A stretch of DNA of 64,000 bases, taken from positions 33,936 to 97,935 of IMG/VR virus record IMGVR_UViG_3300020214_000005. One strand, given 5' to 3'. This DNA comes from a virus. This document shows positions 17,908 to 25,958 of the stretch, piece after piece (the first letter of the stretch is position 1; the number at the start of each line of letters is the position of its first letter). Under the pieces are notes generated by a model. It was not told the origin of the DNA. It saw nothing but the letters and a program-made list of their open reading frames with translations, and did no database searches. A program made the position numbers and the translations under genes.

Positions 17908-18768
17908 TCAGCCGCCGCTAGGCGGATACCCCGAAACGGCGCCGGCGCCGCCGGTCAAAACTTCGACGCCCGTCCCGGTTACCAGCACCGTGTGCTCGAA
18001 CTGCGCCGTTCGTTTCCCGTCGGCGGTCACGGCCGTCCAGCCGTCGTCCCACATCCTGTGCCGCCAAGTGCCGAGGGTGATCATCGGCTCGATCGTGAAG
18101 GTCATGCCCGGCCGCATCCGCAGGTGGCTGTAAGGGTCGAAGAAATGCGGCACCTGGATGTCGGTGTGGAACTGCTCGCCGATGCCGTGGCCCACGAACG
18201 CGCGCACCACGCCGAGTTTGTGGGCCTTGGCGTGGTCTTCGATCGCCCGACCGATGTCGCTCAGCGGTCGCCCCGGCCTCACCGCCCCGATGCCGCGCCA
18301 GGCGCACTCCTCGGTCACGCGGATCAGATCGCGGCTCTCGGCGTCGATCTCGCCGACGGCGAATGTCGCGTTCGTGTCGCCGTGCACCCCGCCGACGAAG
18401 CACGTCACGTCCAAGTTGACGATGTCGCCCTCGGCCAGCTTGCGCGAGTCGGGTATGCCGTGGCAGATCACCTCGTTCACCGAGGTGCAGACGCTCTTCG
18501 GGTAGCCCATATAGTTCAACGGGCTGGGGTACGCGTTGTGCGCGATGCACAACTCGTGCACGACCTTGTCGATCTCGTCCGTCGTCACGCCGGGTTCCAC
18601 CGCTTGTCCGGCCAGGCGCAAGACTTCCGCCGCCGTCGCGCCTGCGTGTCGCATGCGCTCGATGATCTCTGGCGACTTGACCGCCGGTTCGTTCCATCTC
18701 ACCACTTCGCCCGAGTCGGCGTACGGTGGGCGGGCGATCGTGCTCGGCACGTCGCGCCGCGGGCTCAC
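17908..18768 (-). CDS. map: Type I methionine aminopeptidase
   Basis: CTSVNEVICHGIP, GDIVNLD, HGD, GHGIG, FTIEPM and AQFEHT motifs. Confidence 0.95.
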   Translation of the reverse strand: MSPRRDVPSTIARPPYADSGEVVRWNEPAVKSPEIIERMRHAGATAAEVLRLAGQAVEPGVTTDEIDKVVHELCIAHNAYPSPLNYMGYPKSVCTSVNEVICHGIPDSRKLAEGDIVNLDVTCFVGGVHGDTNATFAVGEIDAESRDLIRVTEECAWRGIGAVRPGRPLSDIGRAIEDHAKAHKLGVVRAFVGHGIGEQFHTDIQVPHFFDPYSHLRMRPGMTFTIEPMITLGTWRHRMWDDGWTAVTADGKRTAQFEHTVLVTGTGVEVLTGGAGAVSGYPPSGG

Positions 18769-19043
18769 GATGAGACGCGGTTACCGTCTCGTGGTGGTAT
18801 CTTGCCGTCCAGTAGGTGGGCGAGGATGAATTTGACGTGGGCGTTTCCGTCCTCGTCGACTGCCGTCACCTCGGCCTGGGTCAGCTCAATCAATCCCCTT
18901 GCGATGTCGCCGCAACGATCGAACCATTCCGATTGGTCCGTGTCCTCGGCCTCGGGGTCAAAGGACATCTCAAATATGGCGTCTTGGAACTGGTCAATTA
19001 CGTACAATCGCGCCTTCTCGGGCGTCATCGGTCCTGTGGTCAT
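18765..19043 (-). CDS. Hypothetical protein
   Basis: Overlaps the map start; acidic protein-like ORF. Confidence 0.6.
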   Translation of the reverse strand: MTTGPMTPEKARLYVIDQFQDAIFEMSFDPEAEDTDQSEWFDRCGDIARGLIELTQAEVTAVDEDGNAHVKFILAHLLDGKIPPRDGNRVSS

Positions 19044-19139
19044 AGCCTTCAGGCTATCACGAAACTACCTCTTGACGACAACCACCCCCCGTGATATGCT
19101 GCAAGTGGCGAATTCAACCGACACGAGGAGGATATTGAC

Positions 19140-19610
19140 ATGTCACTAGCGCCTGTAACAATCACCGGAAATCTCACTGCCGATCCGGAGGTGAGGTACT
19201 TCGATTCGGGAACATCAAAGCTCCAGTTCTCGGTCGCAGTGAACAACTACTGGACCGACGCCAAGGGCGAGAAGCAAGAAAAGACATCGTTCTTCAACGT
19301 CGTCGCTTGGAGAAACCTTGCGGAGGACGCAGCCAACATTCTCGCCAAGGGATTGCGGGTCACCGTCACTGGCCGTCTCGAGCAGGAAAGCTGGGACGAC
19401 AAGGAGACCGGCAAGAAGCGTTCAACCGTCCACATTCTGGCCGACGAGATCGGCGTTTCGGTCCGCTCGATCGAGAAATTCGATCGCAAGCAGCGTCCGC
19501 AGGGCGATGGCAACGGCAAGGAACAAGCACGTCCGAGGCCACAGGCTAAGCAACCCGCCCGGGTTGGCGGCGGGAACCCCGACGCCTTCAACGGCGAAGA
19601 ACCCTTCTGA
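19140..19610 (+). CDS. ssb: Single-stranded DNA-binding protein
   Basis: ITGNLTADPE, VTGRL, C-terminal EEPF. Confidence 0.95.
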   Translation: MSLAPVTITGNLTADPEVRYFDSGTSKLQFSVAVNNYWTDAKGEKQEKTSFFNVVAWRNLAEDAANILAKGLRVTVTGRLEQESWDDKETGKKRSTVHILADEIGVSVRSIEKFDRKQRPQGDGNGKEQARPRPQAKQPARVGGGNPDAFNGEEPF

Positions 19611-21142
19611 CCCTAACTTTCGGCAGTCTTTTCGCCGGCGTCGGTGGCTTCGATCTTGGCTTCGAGGCCGCCGGTTGGCGTTGCCAATGGCAAGCGGAAT
19701 GGGACGAGCAGTGCCAGCGGATTTTACGCAAGCACTGGCCCAACACCCCCAAGTATTATGATGTGAAAGACGTTGACGGAAGGCTCCTGGAGCCGGTGGA
19801 CGCGATCAATTTCGGTTCGCCGTGCCAGGATCTTTCCGTCGCCGGTAAGAGGGCCGGCCTAACTGGTTCTCGTTCTAATTTGTTTCACGAGGCAATGCGG
19901 ATTATCAGGGAGATGCGCGATGCAACAAACGGAACTTTTCCAAGGCTCGCAATATGGGAGAACGTCCCAGGGGCCCTCAACTCCAACAAGGGAGCTGACT
20001 TCGGGGTCGTCCTCGACGAAATGGCTCTCGCAGGGGCTGTGGCTATCGAGTGGGCAGTCCTGGATGCGCAATACTTCGGAATCCCCCAGCGACGGCGCCG
20101 CGTTTTCGTGTGTGCTCTCTTCGATTCTGGCGCCGCAGAACGAAGTTCCTTCCCGATATTATCTGTCTGCGAGGGCGTGCGCAGGAATTCTCAGAAGGGC
20201 AATAAGAAGAAACAAGACCCTGCCTCCGCGCTTGAAGGCGGCGCTGCAGGCGGTGGTGGACAAGGACCCGGACCGGGACAGGGACAACTCGAGTTCGGAG
20301 TGAATGAGGAGCAGGACTCCACGGCGTTCAGGATGCGCGGCTTCGGCGACTACACATCGGACGGGACGGTCTCCGCGATCAAGGCGCGCGATCACAAGGA
20401 CGCTACCGATCTGATCGTGTCCGAACCGGAACCGTTCACTGCTACGAGTTTCGCCAAGTACGTCGAGGGAGTGGGAACTCTCCGGGCTGCCGGTGGGGAC
20501 CTCGGCGGGGGCAGCGAAACGCTTCTTGCCTACGAAGATCCGGACACCATGGTGTTCCACCCGCACCGTCAGGACGGAGTGAGAATGCAGGGCGACACGA
20601 TCAACACGCTCACCGCCTTCATGGGGACCGGGGGCCTCAACACCCCGATGGTCGCCCAGGCGATCGGTTTCTCCCACACCCAGTGCCTCGATGCCCAGCC
20701 CTCGGAGGTGGCTTTCCCCACGCTGAGGACGGGCGGGGCGGGTCACGCCGTCGCCCACGCCGACATGAACGACGGACTGGCCATGACATTGAGATCTGGC
20801 GGGGACGGAGGGGTGCCCTCGTCCCGCGGGGAGAACCTAGTCATTGAGCCGGACCGACCGATCGCCTACGACGAGTACAACGACAGGCTCGTCGACGGCG
20901 ACGTGCATCACTCCCTTCGGGCCGGGACCAAGCAGTCGAGCGGCGTCATCCAGAACATGGTCGTGAGGAGGTTGATGCCGTCGGAGTGCGAGGCCCTAAT
21001 GGGCTGGCCGAAAGACCACACTAGGTACACCGACGACGGCAAGGAACTCAGCGACACCCATCGGTACAAGCAATGCGGTAACGGGGTGGCGGCGCCGGTG
21101 GCCGAATGGATCGCACGAAAATATGCGGTCATTTTTGAATAG
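19607..21142 (+). CDS. C5 DNA cytosine methyltransferase, large polypeptide (start probably CTG at 19607)
   Basis: SLFAGVGG (upstream of the ORF-track start), GSPCQD, ENVPG, PQRRRR, RRLMP.ECE.LMG, GNGV. Confidence 0.88.
   Translation: MTLTFGSLFAGVGGFDLGFEAAGWRCQWQAEWDEQCQRILRKHWPNTPKYYDVKDVDGRLLEPVDAINFGSPCQDLSVAGKRAGLTGSRSNLFHEAMRIIREMRDATNGTFPRLAIWENVPGALNSNKGADFGVVLDEMALAGAVAIEWAVLDAQYFGIPQRRRRVFVCALFDSGAAERSSFPILSVCEGVRRNSQKGNKKKQDPASALEGGAAGGGGQGPGPGQGQLEFGVNEEQDSTAFRMRGFGDYTSDGTVSAIKARDHKDATDLIVSEPEPFTATSFAKYVEGVGTLRAAGGDLGGGSETLLAYEDPDTMVFHPHRQDGVRMQGDTINTLTAFMGTGGLNTPMVAQAIGFSHTQCLDAQPSEVAFPTLRTGGAGHAVAHADMNDGLAMTLRSGGDGGVPSSRGENLVIEPDRPIAYDEYNDRLVDGDVHHSLRAGTKQSSGVIQNMVVRRLMPSECEALMGWPKDHTRYTDDGKELSDTHRYKQCGNGVAAPVAEWIARKYAVIFE
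19920..20303 (+). CDS. Alternative-frame ORF nested in the MTase (M.EcoHK31I beta-polypeptide-like)
   Basis: LSSIL....P.RYYLS..AC.GILRRA..R.K.LP..L..AL. Confidence 0.65.
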   Translation: MQQTELFQGSQYGRTSQGPSTPTRELTSGSSSTKWLSQGLWLSSGQSWMRNTSESPSDGAAFSCVLSSILAPQNEVPSRYYLSARACAGILRRAIRRNKTLPPRLKAALQAVVDKDPDRDRDNSSSE

Positions 21143-21767
21143 GTTCAACCCAGCGCCCCTCAAGACATGGAACGACTCGGCGGCCAACGCCCTGTTGATG
21201 TTTCTCCCCGGCGACCACGGCCAGTACATTTGCGAGCCGTTCCCCCTGCCGCACTACTTCCCGATGTTGAAACACGACTCCGACCTCATGGGCAGACTCG
21301 GCAGGCTGAGGATGTCGGTGGACTATCTCATCGCCCACCAATTCGAGGAAGACGGAAGCATCAAGGCGTCCAGCGTTGCGGCCGACGGCGTCATCCAGTC
21401 CTGGCGGCAGATCGGTTTTTACGGTAGGGAGTTCGGCACCGTGGCGTGTCCGTTCTCCCCCCTGGATTTCAAGAGCGTGGCCAAACACGTCCACCACGTG
21501 CTCGTGCGCAAGCAGACGGACTACGGGCACGAGAACATCAGGAGGTTCGGGAGAATCGGATTGATCGTTCGCATGCACGACAAGGTGGCGAGACTTGAGA
21601 ACTTGGTAGCCCGCGGGGCGATCGACGACCCGCGCAACGAGTCCATCTTCGACAACGTCGTGGATGTGATGGGTTACTCGGCGATAGGCATCATGTGGGA
21701 GTCGGACAGTTTCCTTCTGCCCCTCAGGGAGGACGCTCAGTCTCGGCTGGAGGTCTTGCCGCTGTAG
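21123..21767 (+). CDS. Nucleotide-modification-associated (DUF1599/Nmad1-like) alpha-helical protein
   Basis: RKQTDYG...G..VRMHDK.ARL.NL...NES..D...D..GY. Confidence 0.7.
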   Translation: MRSFLNRFNPAPLKTWNDSAANALLMFLPGDHGQYICEPFPLPHYFPMLKHDSDLMGRLGRLRMSVDYLIAHQFEEDGSIKASSVAADGVIQSWRQIGFYGREFGTVACPFSPLDFKSVAKHVHHVLVRKQTDYGHENIRRFGRIGLIVRMHDKVARLENLVARGAIDDPRNESIFDNVVDVMGYSAIGIMWESDSFLLPLREDAQSRLEVLPL

Positions 21768-21949
21768 ATGTCGTAGACGGTGGCTATCCCGAGGGCGTTT
21801 TGCCAATCAAACTTGGGAAGTTCGCCCAGCGGTTTTTCGTTTTTGTCCCGCGGACGGGCGAGCCGGACCACGAGCGTCTCGAGCTCCGAGATTCTGCGCT
21901 CCATTTCCTCGAACCTCTCGTCGATGTCAATCCTGTCGTTGTCTTTCAT
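21737..21949 (-). CDS. Small coiled-coil hypothetical protein
   Basis: Overlaps the nuclease stop. Confidence 0.55.
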   Translation of the reverse strand: MKDNDRIDIDERFEEMERRISELETLVVRLARPRDKNEKPLGELPKFDWQNALGIATVYDIYSGKTSSRD

Positions 21950-22347
21950 TTGTGTTTGAATTCCACCCAGGTCTTGTCGCCGACGCCATAGTACTCCCGT
22001 GCGTAACCGGACTGGATGATGTCCTTGTTGAGGCATGCCGTCGTCGGATCGTCGATCTCGTCGGACGAGTAGATATTGGCGAGGATTCGCCCGTACTTGT
22101 CGTTCTTGTCCGGGATCGTGTTGACGAAAACCCAGTCATGATTGGTCAGCCAGTCCAAAGTAAACGACTTCGCCTTCAATCCGAGCTCTTTTTCCTTGAG
22201 GTCTTTTGTCCGCGACTCTGGTGCGTTGACACCGAACAAGCGGACGCGGATCTTATGGTGGATATTGAAACCAAGGTCGATCATCAGGTCCAGGGTGTCG
22301 CCATCCACGACGTTGAGCACCTTGGCTCCGTACCAGAACCTTTGCAT
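21946..22347 (-). CDS. Thermonuclease (SNase-like)
   Basis: VVDGDT, RVRLFGVNAPE, DKYGRILA. Confidence 0.9.
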   Translation of the reverse strand: MQRFWYGAKVLNVVDGDTLDLMIDLGFNIHHKIRVRLFGVNAPESRTKDLKEKELGLKAKSFTLDWLTNHDWVFVNTIPDKNDKYGRILANIYSSDEIDDPTTACLNKDIIQSGYAREYYGVGDKTWVEFKHK

Positions 22348-24152
22348 CAGTTACTCCCGAAATTTCTTCCGGGACCCCTTTGGCGACCTCGGTTCGGATT
22401 ATTCGGCGTCCTAGTTATCGGTTGCATACGAGACGGAGGATTCTTTGGCACGTTGCGACCCGGAATTTCGCGAGGATTTACGGTCGCCGGTCTTGGTCGT
22501 GGGTTGTCGTCGGTCGGCATTCTTCTCGGGTAAGTGGGCTCTTGTCGCGGTCTCATTGGTCTCATTGGTCTCCGTGGGGCGGACGGCCCTCGTTCAAACC
22601 CTCGTCCGCCCCTCCCGCCATCCCCCCTGCGGGGCGGGTTCGGGTACCTGTCGGCGGGTCTCGGGTTGCCCGTCGCAGCCGATGGTCCTGGCGGACCGGA
22701 CGGCCCTGGTTCAAACCCTCGTCCGCCCCTCCCGCCATCCCCCCTGCGGGGCGGGTTCGGGTACCTGTCAGCCGGTCTCGGGTTGCGCGTCGCCGGGGAA
22801 GGTCCCTCGGGCGTCTGACCGGGCGGGTACTTTTTCGGCGGGGGGTTGGGGTACCTGTCGGCCGGCTTGGGATTTTTGGTCGCCGCGGATGGGGGTTCTG
22901 GCTTCTGTCCCGGCGGATATTTCTTCTGCGGGTCAGGGTACCTGTCGGCCGGCTTGGGATTGGTGGTCGCCGGAGAACGGACCCTCCCTCTTTCGATTCG
23001 ATTCTCCTCCTCGAGTCCTGCCATGTACGTCATCTTGTCGTACGCAGCGCGAGCCTTCGCGCGGGCGTCCCTCTCCTTCTGCGAGCGGTCCTGCACCTTC
23101 GGGTTGCGCTTGATGCCCTGTCTCCTTAGTTCCGAGCGGACGAACTTCCTGCGATCCATTTCGTACTTGTTGTTGCTCTGCCTCTTGTACGGGGCGCGCT
23201 GCTCCTGCGGGGTCCCCTCGAAAATAATTCCGTCCATGTCGTGGTCGATCGCCTCGTCGGCCGGTCCCATGGAGCCCGAGCCGATCGCGGCGCCGAGAGC
23301 CTTGACCGACGGGCGGACGGCGACGGACTTCGTCTCGGTGATCGGGCCTCCCGTCACCCACGCGCGGCAGGTCCTCTTCGACGCGCACTTGAAGTCGAAC
23401 GCCTCGCAGTAGCCGAGCCCGCCGGCCGCGTCGATCGCGTCCCACTCGTCCTTCCGCGTGGGACCGGTCACGCCCTTCTGTATGCACGATTTCATCTCGG
23501 GCGTGACGATGAACATCGAGCAGTTGCCGCACATCTGCTTGCGGGCCTGGTCTGGGGCGACAGCCCACTCCGTGGCGAGCTTCTTGTAGAAGGCGTCGTT
23601 GGGCTCGTCGGGGTTGAGGGGCCCGTACGTGGCCGTCTTGATGGCCTTCGTCCTGTTCTTCAGGTTGGTGGCGATGTCTCTCGTGGCTTTCGGGCAGTTC
23701 CCGGAATTGGCGGGTTCCTCCTTGATCTTCATCCTGCGCTTCCCGACGTTGGTGGGCATGACGGGCATCTGAGCGGCCGGGTCGTAGACGCCCTTCACCA
23801 CGCCGTCTGGGATCACGGCGAACCTGCACTTGCCGCCGTCCTCGACCTTCTGGGCGATTATCTTGCAGACCCCGTTCCCCGCGTACAGGGCGCAGTTTGC
23901 GCACTTGACGCCGATGTGCGCGACGACGTTGTCCTTGGCCGGCTCGTAGCCCGCCCATATCCCGGTCTCGTCCTCGTTGAACTTGCCGTACTTCTTGGCG
24001 ATGGCGATGAGGGCATCGGCGAGCTCCTGCTCCTCGGCGGCTAGCTTGGGCTTGACCTGCGCCGGCTTTTCTGGCTCGTCCTGAACGACCATTACGATCT
24101 CGCCTGAAACAAGCCTGCCGAGAATGTCGTTGATGTCCAAGAAATCTCCCAA
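22347..24152 (-). CDS. 601-aa protein with two HiPIP-like Cys4 domains, a DxDxDG tag and Pro/Arg-rich repeats
   Basis: CANC..C..C and CGNC..C..C; DHDMDGIIFEGTP; four NP(K/R)PADRYP repeats. Confidence 0.75.
   Translation of the reverse strand: MGDFLDINDILGRLVSGEIVMVVQDEPEKPAQVKPKLAAEEQELADALIAIAKKYGKFNEDETGIWAGYEPAKDNVVAHIGVKCANCALYAGNGVCKIIAQKVEDGGKCRFAVIPDGVVKGVYDPAAQMPVMPTNVGKRRMKIKEEPANSGNCPKATRDIATNLKNRTKAIKTATYGPLNPDEPNDAFYKKLATEWAVAPDQARKQMCGNCSMFIVTPEMKSCIQKGVTGPTRKDEWDAIDAAGGLGYCEAFDFKCASKRTCRAWVTGGPITETKSVAVRPSVKALGAAIGSGSMGPADEAIDHDMDGIIFEGTPQEQRAPYKRQSNNKYEMDRRKFVRSELRRQGIKRNPKVQDRSQKERDARAKARAAYDKMTYMAGLEEENRIERGRVRSPATTNPKPADRYPDPQKKYPPGQKPEPPSAATKNPKPADRYPNPPPKKYPPGQTPEGPSPATRNPRPADRYPNPPRRGDGGRGGRGFEPGPSGPPGPSAATGNPRPADRYPNPPRRGDGGRGGRGFERGPSAPRRPMRPMRPRQEPTYPRRMPTDDNPRPRPATVNPREIPGRNVPKNPPSRMQPITRTPNNPNRGRQRGPGRNFGSN
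22581..22975. repeat. Intragenic tandem repeats (117-bp-period pair plus related units)
   Basis: 22581-22676 nearly identical to 22698-22793; GGGTACCTGTC x4. Confidence 0.85.
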
Positions 24153-24221
24153 AAGATGGTAGTTAGATTATTGCACGTCTACGATGAAATAAACATAACC
24201 CATGTTCGCCGTGAAAGGCAA

Positions 24222-24264
24222 CGCCCCCGTCCCTGCCGAATGTTCCTCGGCCGAGACGGGGGCG
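24222..24264 (-). terminator. Hairpin after the major capsid gene
   Basis: CGCCCCCGTC...GACGGGGGCG inverted repeat; weak U-tract. Confidence 0.55.
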
Positions 24265-24289
24265 ACGCTTATTCCTGCGTTAGTTCGGA

Positions 24290-25624
24290 TCAGGCTGGTG
24301 CGCTGTTGAAGGTAACCTTCACGAAGGCTTCCGGCCTCTTGACCGCCAGCGCCAGGCGCTGCTCGGCCAGGATGACGATCGCGTTGCGGACGAAGAAGTC
24401 CGAGTGCTGTTCGCTGACTCGGATGCTTGCCTGCTCGCGGTCGTATAGCTGGGCGCCGGTTCCGAACGCACCGACGAGGGCGGTGCCCTCGGCGATTGCC
24501 GGTGACTCGACAACCGAGGTCCTCCACAGCCTCGGCTGACCGCCGAGAGCCACGGAAACCGCGACTAGGTACTGACCGTTGTCATCTTTCGAGAGTTCGA
24601 TCTTCTCCCAGTCGCTCGGGTGCATGACCACGCCGGTCGGCTCGTAGTAGGCAAGGAACGACAGGGTCAGGGCGCGACGAATCGCGTCTCCCCTATTGTC
24701 CCCGGTCTGACCAGACGACCAGTTGTAGGTCTGGATTCCCGCCGTCTGAAGGACGCCCCTCAGGTTCTCGCCCGACCCGCTGCCGTTGAGGATTTGCGAG
24801 TCCTCAAGGAGACGCAAACCGTACATGAGCTCGTTGTCGATGATGCTGCGGAGCTGCGGTTCGTCGGCCAGCACGTTGCGGTGCGCGGCTTCCCAGTGGG
24901 CAAGCGTGCGGACCGAAGCGGCTTCGGCGACGAACTGGAGGCTCGACTGCGGCTTGGCAGCGAACACGTCCGGGTTCGGAGTCGTGTCTCGCTGTGCCAC
25001 CGCAGCAGCGGCGTTTGTTGCCGTCGTTCCCGGCGTTGTGTAGCCGAGGTGACGGAAGTACTCGATCACGGCCGCAGTGGTCGTGCGCGACGGGAACAGG
25101 TCCCTGACGCGCTTCGTCCTCGTCGGCTGGGTGACCATCGGGTCGCGCTGCACGGTTCCGAAGTTCGCCGTCGCACCGTTGGCAAGGTTGCCCGTCGGCA
25201 TCGCCGAGAACACGTCCTTGACACCGTACTCGGTGAGCGAACCGGTGTACTGCCATGGTGAGGCCATGTTGGCACCGTTGCGTCCCCCGTTGAGGGCCTT
25301 GAACTCCGGTGAGTCGACGAACTGTTGTCCGATCGACCTCGGGGCTTGCTGAACTGGTGCGATGACCGCTGCTTGGGCGGCTATCGATGCATCGGCCGGG
25401 GATGAACCCCAGTCCTTCACCTGGTTGAGCGACTCGAGACCCTCAATGAGTCCCTTGATCTCGCGGATGTCGGACATGTTCTTGTCGAAGGCCGACTTCT
25501 GCTCGGTCGTAACGACGACCGTTCCGTTGTCAACGCGGAATGAGTCCGCGATCTCTTTGTTTTGCTGCATCTTTTCGCGGAGTGCTGACTGCAACTCGCG
25601 GAGCCTGCTCGTGTCTTCCGACAT
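24290..25624 (-). CDS. Major capsid protein, HK97 fold, with N-terminal delta/scaffold domain
   Basis: Coiled-coil N-terminus; L.D.PQL.S.ID.EL.YGL...ED.QILNG.G.G.NL.G; V.HP.DW; RN...ILAE.RL...V.RP.AF; AGGAGG SD. Confidence 0.93.
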   Translation of the reverse strand: MSEDTSRLRELQSALREKMQQNKEIADSFRVDNGTVVVTTEQKSAFDKNMSDIREIKGLIEGLESLNQVKDWGSSPADASIAAQAAVIAPVQQAPRSIGQQFVDSPEFKALNGGRNGANMASPWQYTGSLTEYGVKDVFSAMPTGNLANGATANFGTVQRDPMVTQPTRTKRVRDLFPSRTTTAAVIEYFRHLGYTTPGTTATNAAAAVAQRDTTPNPDVFAAKPQSSLQFVAEAASVRTLAHWEAAHRNVLADEPQLRSIIDNELMYGLRLLEDSQILNGSGSGENLRGVLQTAGIQTYNWSSGQTGDNRGDAIRRALTLSFLAYYEPTGVVMHPSDWEKIELSKDDNGQYLVAVSVALGGQPRLWRTSVVESPAIAEGTALVGAFGTGAQLYDREQASIRVSEQHSDFFVRNAIVILAEQRLALAVKRPEAFVKVTFNSAPA

Positions 25625-25749
25625 GATTTTGCCTCCTGGGCATTATTGTTGTTGCTGTTCTACTAGACAGCGCTAGGTGAGCACCCGCTGCTTGCGTCTG
25701 GATTCAAAGTTAGCAGAATACTAAACGCCGTAGTGTAAGTAGCGTATTT

Positions 25750-25956
25750 TTATGTGGCTATGTCTATGCCGTAACCGTGGCTACGCATGTCTGCGTAGAT
25801 GTCCTTCAATTTGTCAAGCATTTTGCGATTTTCTGGGGTGTCGGCAAGTCCGTAATGGGACAGGGGTTGGTCCAGACACGCCGCGAGTTGCAGCGCCTCA
25901 AAGGCGTTCAGGCCTGCGCCGGCCCTCGGTCGATCGGAAATCCTGTCGTCGCTCAT
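25750..25956 (-). CDS. 68-aa protein directly after the zeta-like domain (candidate antitoxin/immunity)
   Basis: ATG 2 nt after the giant ORF stop, with GGGAGG SD. Confidence 0.6.
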   Translation of the reverse strand: MSDDRISDRPRAGAGLNAFEALQLAACLDQPLSHYGLADTPENRKMLDKLKDIYADMRSHGYGIDIAT

Positions 25957-25958
25957 CC

